A stretch of DNA of 64,000 nt, from the NCBI GenBank assembly GCA_025594325.1, contig JANHCV010000004.1, forward strand, positions 186,001 through 250,000. The letters run 5' to 3'. Below are positions 1-12,068 of the stretch, piece by piece. The translations under genes and the position numbers were made by a program. Positions within the stretch are counted from its first letter, which is position 1; every line of letters starts with the position of its first letter. This stretch comes from Blastocladiella emersonii ATCC 22665. Its lineage: Eukaryota > Fungi > Blastocladiomycota. The notes under the pieces were generated by a model. That model was not told the origin of the DNA. It did not search any database and saw only the letters and a list, made by a program, of their open reading frames with translations.

Positions 1-1055
1 CGATCGGAGCACGCGCCACGCGACACGCGACTTTCTCCGATGCGGCACGCGCAACGTGACTCTTGACGCGTCGCTATCACGGCGCACCGCGTCGCCGTGC
101 GAGACACCCGCGAGACACGCCTGGCCTGCCCTCCCGGTTCCCGCCGACCGACCCCTCTGGCCTGTTCAGAGCTGCGCCACCATGCTGCTTCTGGAGCGCG
201 CAAGCCTGTGGGCGCCGCCGCGCTGCAATTCTTCCGGCTGACTCAACGCAGTTATCCGGAAGAATACGTACATTCGGGGCCGCCGCTGCACACGCACGCG
301 CCGCGTCCGTTGTTGATGGTCGCCGCGCGGATGACGCACTGCGTGGCGCGATCTTGGACGGTCTGGTGCTGACCCTTGGGCGCTGGCCGCCGTCTACAAA
401 AGGCGAGCGCTGCCCCGCCCTGGTCGTTGCCCACGTCCGACGCCCTGCCACCCACCCCTCATCGCTCATCTCTCCACTCGTGCTCAAGCGCTGGCGTACA
501 TGTGCGTCCATCATCGTGGTCTCCCCCGCCGTCGCCCCCTTCCGTCCGCCCCGAAGCCGCGGAACCGATTGCCGGCCCTTGCACCGTGTCGCACGGAGTG
601 CGGCCCGCGGAAAAATGCGTGCGGCCCTCGATCCAGGGTTCCGAGCACGCCGCCGATGGCCGATCCCGAGGACTCGCTGACGCGACGCCCGGGATGCGCC
701 GCACGGCAAGCAAGCGTCTCCCGCGCCGTGACAAAGCCTTCAGAGGGCTTCTCGATCGCCGCCGCGGACACACGCTCCGACGCGTCGCGCCTGCCGCCCT
801 GCCCGCCGCCTGCCCGCCGCCCCCGGAAACCCTCTTCTCCTCCCTCGTCCGCCGCCACTACACCCCCCTCGCTTGCACATGCACTTGCACACTTGCCGCC
901 GCCGAACCCTCGCGTGCTGACACCACCCCCCGACCGCCCCCGCGACCGCAGATTTTCATCGCCGCCCCGATTGCGCCACAGCCCGACCGCAAGCACCGCT
1001 GCCCACCCACCCGTCCCTGTCCTTATAACCCGGAGCCCCCGCCGTCGCCTCCGCC

Positions 1056-4000
1056 ATGGCCAGCGACCATCCTCCCTCCACCGGCCCTCCGCGCGCCTCC
1101 GATCCGCTCCTCGGCCCCGCTGCCGCTCCCGCCGCTGCGACGACCTCTGACGTCGGCGCCCTCCTCCCCGGCAGTACCCAGCAGTACTCGCCCGTCTCTA
1201 CCCGCGATCCCGACGTGGTCCCCGTCCCCGCGAACCCGTCGCCGCCCTCGTCCCTCCCCAACCACACCTCCACCGCCAACACGGCCGCTGCCCAACCCGC
1301 TGATACCAAGAACGACGTCCCGCTCGAGCCCATCATGGCCGCTGCTGACGACACGACCAAGGTCGACTCCGCCGCCAAGGACGCACCCGCTGCCGCGCCG
1401 CCCGCCAACGTGCTTCCGTTCGGCCAGCTGTTCAAGTACGCCGACGGGACTGACAAGCTGCTGATGCTTGTCGGCCTCATTGGCGCCGCGGGCTACGGCG
1501 TGCTGACCCCGATTCTGTCCGTGATCCTCGGCGACATTGTGCAGCCGTTCCTCGTGTACGAGGGCGTGCGCGCGACGCCCGGCCTGCCGCCCGCCGTCGT
1601 GGCCGCGGCGCTCGACACGCTGCGCAAGCGCGTCATCGACCAGGTCATCTTCTTTGTCGCCGTCGGCCTCGGCACCATGGTCGCCGCCTACCTGATGCAG
1701 GCCATGTGGATGTGGGCCGGCGAGCGCCAGGCCCGCCGCGTCCGCACAAAGTTCATCAACGCCGTCATGGCCCAGGACCTCGCCTGGTTCGACTCCCACA
1801 AGGCCGGCGACCTCACCACCCAGCTCACCTCCGACACGCTCATGTACCAGGAGGGCATCTCCGAGAAGGCCTCGCAGGCGTTTGCCTACACGATCCAGTT
1901 CATCTCGGGCTTCGCCATCGCCTTCACCCAGTCGTGGCGCCTCACCCTCGTCCTGATCGCGACGCTGCCCGCCTTCGGCATCTCGGGCATCGTCGTCGGC
2001 AAGGCCTTTGCCGCGGGCGCCAGCCGCTCGCAGGAGGCCTACGCCGCCGCGGGCGCCGTTGCCCAGGAGGCCCTCGCCAACATCCGCACCGTCGCCGCGT
2101 TCGGCGGCCAGGACCGCGCCTTCCGCAAGTACTCGAAGCTGCTCGCCGGCACCGTCAAGGAGGGCGAGAAGAAGGCGTGGATCTCGGGCGCCGGGTTCGG
2201 CGTCTTTTTCGGCCTGCTGTACCTGCTGTTCGGCATCGGTTTCTGGTACGGCTCGACCCTCGCCGTGAGCGGCGAGGTTGGCGGCGGCGACGTTCTGGTA
2301 CTTGCCCTCTCTCACTCGCATCACCTATCGGACTGCAACTGACGCGCGCACCCCTCTCGATTCCGCTCCCGCACCACGTAGAAATGCCTGTTCGCCATCA
2401 CCACGGGCGCCTTCTCGATCATCAACCTGTCGCCGTCGTTCCAGGCCATGTCCAAGGCGCGCGGCGCCGGGTACCGCCTGTTCGAGGTCGCCGAGAGCAA
2501 GCCGACCATTGTCGACGGCGCCGTGACCCCGGCCAAGCTCGACGGCAGCGTCGAGTTCCGCGACGTGCGCTTCGCGTACCCGTCGCGCCCCGACGTCGAG
2601 GTGCTCAAGGGCATCAGTTTCACGGCCCAGGCCGGCACCACGGTCGCGCTGGTCGGTGCCTCGGGCTCGGCCAAGTCGACCTGCATCCAGCTCATGGAGC
2701 GGTACTACGAGGCGCTCTCGGGCACCATCTTCATCGACTCGACCCCGATCAACGACCTGCCGCTCAAGTGGCTGCGGCAGAACGTCGGTCTGGTCAGCCA
2801 GGAGCCCATTCTGGTACGCTTGTCTCGACTTGGACTTGGCGATGCTTTCGTGAAGCGGATACTGACCGACGCTCGTCGTACCACATGTAGTTTGACACGA
2901 CCATTGCCGAGAACATTGCGTACGGTGCGCCCGACGGGCTCGTGGTGACGCAGGAGCTGCTCGAGCAGGTGTGCCGCGACGCCAACGCGCACGACTTCAT
3001 CTCCAAGCTGCCCAACGGGTACCAGACCATGGTCGGCGAGCGCGGCAGCCTGCTGTCGGGCGGCCAGAAGCAGCGCATCGCGATCGGTACGCTCTCTCGA
3101 CCGTGTCCGCGTCTGACTGGTCCGACCACCAGCGCGACTCACCCCCGCGACCCCCGCGACCCCCGCGACCGCGTAGCCCGCGCCCTGATCGGTGCACCCC
3201 GTATATTACTGCTGGACGAGGCGACTTCGGCGCTCGACTCGGCGTCCGAGGGTATTGTCCAGGCCGCGCTCGATAAGGCGTCGCAGGGCCGCACGACCAT
3301 CGTGATTGCGCACCGGTACGTTTCCCGGCGCGTTTTTGGGCCGCCGCGACCCGACTAACCACGTCTTCTCCCTGCCCGCGCGTAGCCTCTCGACCATTCG
3401 CGACGCCGACGTCATCCTCGTGTTCGAAAAGGGCCAGATCATCGAGCGCGGCAACCACAACTCGCTGCTCCAGCGCGGCGGCGTGTACGCCGGCCTCGTC
3501 AAGGCGCAGGAGCTCAAGACCCGCAAGACGGCGTCCACGGCCGATATCACCACGGCCGCCGATGCCGAGTCCGAGTCGGACGATTCGGACGACGACGGTG
3601 CCGAGGAGGAGGAGGAGCAGCAGGCCGCCATCACCGCCGCCGCCGCCTCCGAGTCCAAGAAGGCCACGTCCAAGGACGCCCTCGCCTCCACCACCACCAC
3701 CACCAAGCCCGCCCTCGACGAGTTCGAAAAGGCCGAGCGCGAAAAGGCCGAGCTCAAGAAGCTGCTCAAGGAGCGGTCCGTGTCGCTGTGGCGCGTCGTC
3801 AAGCTGCAGGGCGAGGAGTGGCCGTTCCTGGCCGTCGGCGTGCTCATGGGCTCGGTCGCCGGCGCCTTCCTCCCCGCGTTCGGCATCATCCTCGCCGAGG
3901 TGCTGTCGGTCTTCGCGATCCAGGACAAGGACGAGCTCACGCGCAAGGCGCTCGTGTGGACGTGGGTGTTCATTGGGCTCACGGTCGGCAACTTCTTCAT

Positions 4001-5755
4001 CTCGCTGTTCCAGTTTGGGTGCTTTGGGATCGCCGGCGAGCGGCTCACGCGCCGCATCCGCGAGACGGCGTTCCGCGCCATGCTGCGCCAGGAGACGGGC
4101 TGGTTCGACGACGAGAAGCACGGCACGGGCACCCTCACAGCGCAGCTGTCCGAGCAGGCCGACCGGATCCAGAACCTCACGGGCCCGAACGCCGCCAACC
4201 TGATCCAGCTCGTCGTGTCCATGGGCTGCGGCGTCGCGCTCGCCTTCTACTACTCGTGGCAGATGACGCTGACCGTCCTCGCCGCCGTGCCGTTCCTCGC
4301 CCTCGGGTCGTACCTCGAGGCCGCCGTGACGACGGGCGCCGTTGGCAAGAGCCGGCTCGCGTACGGGGCGGCCGCGCAGCGCGCGTGCGACGCGATCCAG
4401 AACATTGCGACGGTCAAGTCGCTGGCGCGCGAGCGCGACTTTGCCGACGGGTACCTCGAGAACATCAAGGCGCCGTACCGCATCGGCGTCCGCAAGGCGC
4501 TCATCGGGTCGTGGGGGTTCGGGTACTCGCAGGCCGTGCAGTTCCTGCTGTACGCCGTGTGCTTCGGCGTCGGGTACCTGTTCGTCCGCGACGGCGTCAT
4601 CACCTCGGCCGACCTGTTCCGCGTCATCTTCGTGCTGCTGTTCGCGTCCATCTCGTTTGCGCAGGCGGCGACCTTCACGGGCAACGCGCAGAAGGCCAAG
4701 GCCGCGGCCATTGCGTACTTTGACCTCGTCGACCGCGTGCCGCCGATCGACATCGACAGCACCGAGGGCGCGCGGCTCGTCGACGTGGCGGGCGCCGTCG
4801 AGGTCGCGGGTGCCGAGTTTGCGTACCCGACGCGCCCCGACGCGCCGATCCTCCGCGGCATCGACTTTTCGCAGCTCGCCGGCAAATCACTTGCCCTGTG
4901 TGGCCCCTCGGGTTCGGGGAAGAGCTCCGTGCTCGCGCTGCTGCAGCGGCTCTACGACGTGTCGGCGGGCAACGTCAAGCTCGACGGGACCGACGTGCGG
5001 CAGTGGCACCTGCAGTCGATGCGCGAGCACCTGGCCGTGGTGTCGCAGGAGCCGTCGCTGTTCATTGGCACGCTGCGCGAGGCCATCGAGTACGGCGTGC
5101 CCGACGGCAAGCCCGTGACCATGGACATGGTCGTCGCCGCGGCCAAGGCGGCCAACATCCACGACTTTATCGAGGGCCTCCCCGAAAAGTACGAGACGCT
5201 CGTCACCTCGTCGCAGCTGTCGGGCGGGCAGAAGCAGCGCGTGGCCATTGCGCGCGCCCTGATCCGGCCGAACCGTACGTTTTCTTGTCGCGCGTCACGG
5301 CTGACCGACCGACCGACCGACCCTCCCGACTCACTCGCGTGCCCCCTCCCCCTCCCTCTCCCTCTCCCTCTCCCCCTTGCACCCGCTCGCACCCGCTTGC
5401 ACCCAGTTGCCTGTCTACTGCTGGACGAGGCGACTTCGGCGCTCGACTCGGCGTCTGAAGTTATCGTCCAGGACACGCTCGACAAGGCGTCGCAGGGCCG
5501 CACGACCATCACGATCGCGCACCGGTACGTTCCTTTTCCTTGGTTGCGCGAACGAGAACACCACCAACTCCTGACCTGACCGACCGACTCTCGCGCCGAC
5601 CTGTATGTAGTCTGTCGACGATCCAGCGCGTCGACCTCATCCTGGTCGTCAAGGACGGCCGCGTGGTCGAGCAGGGCACGCACTTTGAGCTGCTCGACAA
5701 GAAGGGTCTCTACGCCAAGCTGGTCAAGCGCCAGAATCTCGGCAAGACGGTGTGA
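1056..5755 (+). CDS. ABCB1: Full-length ABCB (MDR/P-glycoprotein-like) transporter, TMD-NBD-TMD-NBD, 7 exons, about 1386 aa
   Basis: ccgccATG at 1056. Exons 1056-2297, 2382-2813, 2891-3086, 3177-3315, 3386-5274, 5407-5524 and 5611-5755 are joined by GT-AG introns and sum to 4161 nt in one frame. Motifs: [14 protein letters not shown]-terminus, two LSGGQKQR signatures, two [11 protein letters not shown] Walker B/D-loops, Walker A GASGSAKS (NBD1) and GPSGSGKS (NBD2). Confidence 0.95.
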
Positions 5756-6081
5756 TCCGGATCCTTGGGATTTCACCGCCAAATTTACTAGCCTCGTATA
5801 CAAAACTCGTGTTTCCTCCTCGTTCTCCCTTGTCCGAGTTGGCAGATGAGCCGAAATTCAGCTCCTTTGCCGCGTTCGCTTGCCTGAACTAACTGAACTA
5901 ACCGATGGCACGAGCCCGTTCATCGCACGAAATCATTCCAGTAACTGACGATATGAACGTGTTGATCGGTCCCATCATCACCATATCCTCGCCGGCGTGC
6001 CTCACGATGGCCTCTTCATCGCTTGCTTTGCAATCGCTGCCAGCCCCGTCTTTTGCGGTGTGCTGACCCTACTAGTCATGA

Positions 6082-6329
6082 GCATCACCAAGCCGCGCCG
6101 GACCCGCCAAGTCGATCCAGAGTCGATCGACTTGTTCTCGTTCGAGATGGCCGAGAAAATCGATCCACGCGTCGAATGAGTATTGATCAGCGTGAGCTCA
6201 AGTCATTCGACCTGTTGGTCGACTTGCTTGTCATTCGACCTACGGACATGATTGATCGATCAAGTTAAAAGCTCGAACGACTCATCGAACGAGTGTGGAT
6301 CGAGATATGCCCCGCGCCGATTGATAAAA
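6082..6329 (+). repeat. Left copy of an older, diverged ~250-bp inverted repeat (partner 9194-9416; mirror copies 30405-30652 and 27318-27540)
   Basis: Collinear inverted anchors: 6082-6099 vs 9399-9416 (17/18), 6272-6293 vs 9218-9238 (CTCGAACGACTCATCGAACGAG vs CTCGAACAACT-ATCGAACGAG) and 6317-6329 vs 9194-9206 (13/13). Both segments are TCGA/GATC-rich. Confidence 0.75.
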
Positions 6330-6465
6330 TGCCGATCTGTCCCAGCAGAATGTCAGACAAGTGGTCGAGCGGCGCGAGACGTGCCTCAAAGGACGTCTCC
6401 ACTCGCGCCGATTGAGTTCCAGCTAATTTGCAGCTCCGAATCCACTGATGAGAATGAGCTATCCG

Positions 6466-6952
6466 TTAAGTAGCGCATCGACTTTGCACTGTATCGCCAT
6501 GCTCAGGCTCGTGCGCTTCCAGCGCGTTGCCAATCGTCGGGTTCGCGCCTTCGGGATCGCGGCGGTCCATTGAGTCAAGAAAGTTGGAGATCTGCGGCAT
6601 CGTGAGCAGCGTGAGGCTCGCGTCGTCGTCGTACACGGCGATGAGGTACTCGGTGTACCCGCCCTAGTGCGCCAACGAGGGGCGGTTCCCGTTCGGCGCG
6701 ACAGGAAGGAAGGCCGAGATGGCCAACGGCGGCACAATGTGGATGGAACTCACACGTGGCGGGCTGCGTGGGACGGAGAGGAAACGTCTGCACGACGTAG
6801 AGGCCCGGCGGAACGACGTGCGGCACCGACTGGTACAGGTGGAAATGCTCAACGACCGTGCTTTCGAGCTGCATGCCGTCCAACTCCAGGTTGACGAGCC
6901 AGGTGCGCGTTTCCGCTCGACCAAGCGCGACGGAGGGCAACAACGCGAGCAA
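6466..6952 (-). pseudogene. Small spliced hypothetical gene or pseudogene (mirror copy 29782-30268 +)
   Basis: Coding-like blocks TWLVNLELDGMQLESTVVEHFHLY and GGYTEYLIAVYDDDASLTLLTMPQ are separated by a GTGAGT...TAG intron (6753-6664), but the splice phase does not join the two best frames. Confidence 0.35.
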
Positions 6953-7782
6953 AACACCTTACTTGCGACTCATAAAGCTTCAAGATGTGAGAGCCCTCAC
7001 GACCGCCGTGACGACCTTCTCCACGCGAGAGGAGCGCCGCGGCGCGGCTTGCTTGCCAGCAGGTCTGTATCGACCAAATTCCAGAGCTCACGGCGCAGCC
7101 ACATGCTTGCAGGAAGTAATTCATGGATCAGTCATAGGTGCGACGCCGCGGTGCTGCCGCCGGGAGGAGGGAGCGCCGCTGCTGCGAAGGGAGGAGCGAA
7201 ACGCGTCGAAGCAAACGTCACGGGAGCGCGTCGATCGTTTCGGGACTTTGCTCGCGGCGGCTCGCGCTCCCTCGCCCCATCACCACCAACCATGCCATCG
7301 ACCCGCTCGATACCCGCGACCTCGTGCAACCGCCTGCACCACCACCCCTCGACCTCCATGTAACTCATGTCGACGCGCATCCGCCCGACGCCGCCACGGG
7401 CCCGCGCCGCTTGGTGACTTCCACAGTATGCGTCTCTTGCCTTCTCCTCCCCCGCGACGTGTATCTGCAGTCATGCCTCGAGTCCGCCGACACGCCCTGC
7501 ACGCGTCGACGGGACTCGCGCCCGCTGCGCTCAATGTCCACGCCGCGTTCCCACGCCTTTCGCGCCGGCTGTCCGTTCGCTCACTGACGCACTCACCTTA
7601 CGACCGCTTTGCCCTGTTTCTTAGCCTTCGACGAGCACCTCGAGCACCTCAAGCTGCAACGGCTCTCGTGAGGTCCGCGGAGACGCGTCGGCGTTGATCC
7701 TGAACAAGGTCGCGACAAGGTACGTGGTGTGCAACTCGGTCTACCTCTCCTGTGGACCGAGACTAACACGTTCGCGGCCGCC

Positions 7783-9160
7783 ATGAGTAGGGCACCTAGT
7801 ACGCCAAGCAGCGGCAAGTGGGCTGACCCTCACCTGCGGCGTCAACTCGCGCACAACGCGCCCAAGCCCGCGAGGTACGGTCCTTCTCCTTCGCGCTCTC
7901 GGCGCGATTCGCGCTGCGTGCGGGCACCGCCGAGCTTCGAGTTCTCGAGCGGTCTCGCTCGTGTTGTCCGTCGGTGCAGGTCTTGGCGACGTGGCTCGCG
8001 TGCTCGCGTCGATTGGACTCTTCGCCTGACTTTTTGCTCGCTTGTCTCCGCCACGTCGCCCATAGCCTCGGTCAACGACAACAAAACTCAACTACGATCA
8101 AGAACACGCTGCGAGGTCTCGCTGCTCGGGTCGTCGCTGGCCTCAAGCACGCGCTCGGCTGCGCGTGCGAGTTCCAGTTCGAGGCATGCGACTCGGTCGG
8201 CGTCCTCGCGGACCAACACTGACACGGCCGGCTCGAGTAGGTCATCAAGTACACCACGCTGCAGCGGCAAGGTCCGCCTCGTCGTCCGCCCTTGCGGCAC
8301 GCCCGAGGTCATGCGGTACGGGCTCCATCCCTCTTGTACTCGTCGTGATTAATCGCCTGGCACATCGGCGCTGTCCGGTTCTTCCGCACGCGAGCTAGCT
8401 GGTGCGCTCGGGTTCTGTCTGACCTGGTGCCTGCTGACACGACCCGCTCGCCCAACACCTTCTTGATCATCGCTCACTCGTCGCCGCCACGTCACCCATA
8501 GGCTCGATCTACCACGGCAAGCTGCTGCGGCGCTCGCCCACCGACCGGTCGGCGCTGCCCTCAAGCCCGCACTCGGCCGCGTACTCGTTCATGGTCAAGG
8601 TCTGCAACCCGGTCCGACCTTCCCGTATCCCGACTCCTGGTTGACCGTTACGCATTCGCAGTAGCTGAACAAGCCAGGCTCCTGCTGCACTCGCTGTCGA
8701 GTCGGGTTGCGTTCACGGCCGGGTCGAGAACTCGGACTCACGCTGATGTACGAGATCAACTCGGTCCCCGCGCGTCCCCACCACCTGCTGCTCGAGTACC
8801 TCCTCAAGTCAACCAGCTGCACCGCGCGCCGCTGCCCTCGCCGACCGCCTTCAAGGTCCACCTGCTCGAGTCGGCCGTCGAGCAGCTCAAGTCCATCAAC
8901 AACGCGAGCAGTCAAGAAGCAGGACTGACGGCGACCGCGGCCAAGGCGACGGGGCTCGCGGCGTGTGTCACGGACAACCGCCTGCGCGCCGACGCGTCGC
9001 TCGTCGCACGGGCGGGTCGCCGACCACGCTGCGGCCCGCTTCGTCGGCTCTTCCTGTCCTTCCCACCCATCCAGCATGTGCTACTGCGCATATATATACC
9101 AAATGGCATCTCATTCGGTGCGTCACTCAAGGTCCAGACCGAGTCTTTCGAGTAATCGTT
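7783..9160 (+). pseudogene. Degenerate multi-intron gene remnant, product unknown (mirror copy in the right arm)
   Basis: gccgccATG at 7783, several GTACGG/GTCTGC...AG introns (e.g. 7875-7979), and coding-biased blocks interrupted by in-frame stops and frame changes. Confidence 0.4.
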
Positions 9161-9193
9161 TGACGCTTGCAGCGGACCCGATCAACATGTTAC

Positions 9194-9416
9194 TTTTATC
9201 AATCGGGCGGGAAAGATCTCGTTCGATAGTTGTTCGAGTGGTCACACGACGCGTCGTTCAAGTGCACGTGCAAACTGGATCGACGCATCAGGCCAGATCA
9301 ATCGGAAACGTAACATATCGGGTCGACGTCGATCGACTTGCACTGGGTCCGACCCATTCAAAGGGTGGATCGATGGTCGATCGATTTTGTTTGACTGGGG
9401 CGCGGTTTGGTGATGC
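9194..9416 (-). repeat. Right copy of the older diverged inverted repeat (partner 6082-6329)
   Basis: See the anchors listed for 6082-6329. Confidence 0.75.
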
Positions 9417-9892
9417 GATCAAGTCAGCGATCACGCCAAGGATGCTGTCCAACGAGTCCGATTCCGTGTATGAGAAGCTTATATGATTTGAGCGACAGCA
9501 ACAACGAGTGTCCTTTCGCGCAAGATAAGGCGAGTGTGATTTGGAGCCGCTCGATTGTTACGACGCGCATGTAGCCGCGAAAGTTTGCGCTGCTCGTTCA
9601 TGAGCTTACCAGCGGGCGGGTGCGGCGCGGGTGCAGAGAAAGCAACGCTCGTGCTCATAACCAGTTCAAGTACACGTGACCGCGTTGCGCCACAGTCACC
9701 GGACGCGTGCGACCCCGCCTGCGTCACGCGTGTCACGCGCACTGCGCCGATCTCCTTTGTCATCGCCGCGGACCGCCTCACCTCACCGAGCGACGCGTCG
9801 GCCCGCTCACATCGGGCGACGCGCCCCCGCATCCCCTCTCTCTCTTGTTTCTTTGACCAGTTGCTAGTATTAGCCACCATACAGCCTGTTGT

Positions 9893-9967
9893 CCTCTCGT
9901 GAACCTCCTCACCGTCTCCTCTCGTGAACATCTTCACCGTCTCCGCTTGTGAACCTCTTCACCACCT
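9893..9967. repeat. 25-bp tandem repeat, 3 degenerate copies (mirror 26767-26841)
   Basis: cctctcgtgaacctcctcaccgtct / cctctcgtgaacatcttcaccgtct / ccgcttgtgaacctcttcaccacct. Confidence 0.9.
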
Positions 9968-10158
9968 CGATCTTCATCTCCGCCAAGATCGCACGTCCAT
10001 CGTGCCAAGCTTCCTCCCAGTCGAGTACGCTTCAACTTAACCTCATATCGTCGTGTCAAGCACGAGTTTTTTGACGGAATTCGGCGGATGAAATACCGTC
10101 ACGCAAAGACAGGGTTACCCTGAATGAAACTTGTCGTGGCCATCGTCATTCGTGTATA

Positions 10159-10690
10159 TTGGAGCAAGGATACGTTTTCGAGGCCATGGTCATTGTGGTC
10201 GAGGCCGCCATTGGCTGGAACATGTACGTCCAAGCCGACGACGCAGTGCTTCACGTACCCGCGTGGCCGCCGCAAATTTCGCTGGCGGAGAACCTCGCGC
10301 GCCTCAAGGACTCCATTGGGAAATGGGGGGTCACCACGCAGCGGTGGGTCACGATGATCTTACTAGATCACTGTGATCTACGAGCATCTTAGCCCTGTGG
10401 ATATCTAGCCCCACTCAACCTGTCTGGAGTGAACATGCTAGCGACGATTGGCTGCCAACCTGCCGCTCCAGAACCTTGAGCAGGTGACTGACATGCGCCG
10501 TATCGCGATGCTCGCGTGCCGTCACGGCGTTGTCAGGGTTCCTAAGGCGACCATGGCCACCAAGTTCCTCAAGCTCCTCAAGTATCTGAAGCGCATGTCC
10601 GCGCCAAATCCTCTCCCTGTTCCCGACATTGTTGATTTACCTCGTTCCCCAGTTCGGCCGCCGCGACGACCAAGCATCCCGTCCAAATAG
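10159..10690 (+). CDS. Short two-exon hypothetical protein or remnant (mirror 26044-26575 -)
   Basis: Coding-biased blocks EQGYVFEAMVIVVEAAIGW...KWGVTTQR and NLEQVTDMRRIAML...IPSK* flank a GTGGGT...CAG intron-like segment. No start or family was recognised. Confidence 0.3.
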
Positions 10691-11771
10691 AATGACGACG
10701 CTCTGCCCGTCGGGAGAATAGCTCCAAACGGCGGCACGCGCACTCGTCCTCTGCCGGACCGCGCGACCCTGCTCGCCCACTGAAATCATCGTCTACACTG
10801 CACAGTCAGCAATACGTGCAAGTGTTCGGTTGACCGAGGCATGATGTCCGTGTTCTCGCTTGCAAACTTCCACAATTCTGGCACTTGCCCCAAGTGCTTC
10901 AAAATATTGACGTGTCGAGGAGGCAATGATATCACGCGCCAGCATCATCGCCTACGACTTCCAATTCGGGCGCAGCAGCGATAAGCGCACGCACCAGTAC
11001 TTCGTAGAATCGAAGCGCAACAAGGTGCGACGGGTGGAAAGCTGACGACGGCCTGGCGCGGGGCTCCACAGCAACGAGTCGTCGCCCGCTCAACTCAGCT
11101 CGACCCGCGCTGGCTGCACTAGAGTCCGTGCGGGACAAGAGCGGCACTCACTGTTCGCATGGCCTGAACGAGATAAATGCAATGCATGTAGTTGCATGGG
11201 GGCGTTTTCCATGATTCACCGTGCTACCTAGGGTGGAGTTTTGGTCAAGTCGCGCGCGCGAGCTGAGCTGGGCGGCGCCGCCGCCACTCGCTCGCTCGCT
11301 TCTCACATCAACGTGACGTCCCTGCCACTCCAATCGCGACGCGTCGAGACGCGTGCGGTGCGTCTCGGCCTCGCCAGTCGCGCTCGAAAAGAAAGTACAG
11401 GTGATCGTTCCCACTCGAGTTCAATTCAAAAATAAAAGCAAACAAAAAGCAGCAACAATTCTGGCGGGGGCGAAAACGTGTTGGCAGGACCGAAAAAAAG
11501 GAGCACAGCGAGGGAAAAAGGAGAACCGGCACCACCGCTGCGGTCAGGGCTGTCGGGGCGAGCCTACCAGATTCGAACTTTGCGCCAGCAGGACTCAACA
11601 CTCCCCGACCAGATTCACGCATTAAACGGCAGTTTGGGACCTCCTTGACGACCTCACTCCGTCGCCACGTTGTGACTGCACTTGACCTCGGCCAAATCAA
11701 CGACTCCCAAACTAGACTGGGCATCGTACATCGCCGAAACGGCTCCCAGCCATTGGTCCTTTGCACATCGG

Positions 11772-11962
11772 TTGGCGCAAACCCTTGCGCGAACCCCCCT
11801 TGCGCGATCCGTTGCGCGAACCCCCCTTGCGCGATCCGTTGCGCGAACCCCCCTTGCGCGACCCGTTGCGCGAGGGTTTGCGCAAAGGGGCCAATGTTGG
11901 GCACCATCGAGACCCCATGTATGCGCAAACCAGGGCCTCGGTTCGCGCAAACGTTGGCGCAA
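11772..11962. repeat. TTGCGCGA motif array: 27-bp unit x ~3.3 plus inverted and palindromic copies
   Basis: TTGCGCGA at 11785, 11800, 11812, 11827, 11839, 11854 and 11866 (alternating 15/12 spacing), palindrome TTTGCGCAAA at 11877, inverted TTCGCGCAA at 11942, GTTGGCGCAA at 11771 and 11953. Confidence 0.95.
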
Positions 11963-12068
11963 GAGGTCGCGCCTGGTTCGCGCCGCCGGACGCGCTGCGC
12001 CTCAATATAGAATCACGTGCTCACCCTGAGAGGCATTCCGATAGACCGATTCGAATAATAGCTCTGTA

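Larger units (their letters stand above)
1515..11724 (+). repeat. Left arm of a 10,210-bp near-perfect inverted duplication
   Basis: ORF-track entries in this interval have mirrored translations at 36734-p (e.g. 3306..5579+ vs 31155..33428-). Spot-checked non-coding stretches also match. Identity starts at 1515 (ctgtccgtg) and stops at 11724 (...gactgggcat). Confidence 0.97.

Noticed and set aside
10796-10800. CACTG as the outer transposon terminus
   Set aside because: It is followed by coding-like sequence (CPKC...IAYDFQFGR) rather than terminal sequence, and the pentamer is expected every few hundred bp.
1515-11724. RIP-type hypermutation of the duplicated segment
   Set aside because: The arms are essentially identical and CpG/CpA-intact, so there is no RIP footprint.
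11785-11873. 27-bp periodic array as a CRISPR
   Set aside because: Units are contiguous with no unique spacers, there are no cas genes, and the context is eukaryotic.
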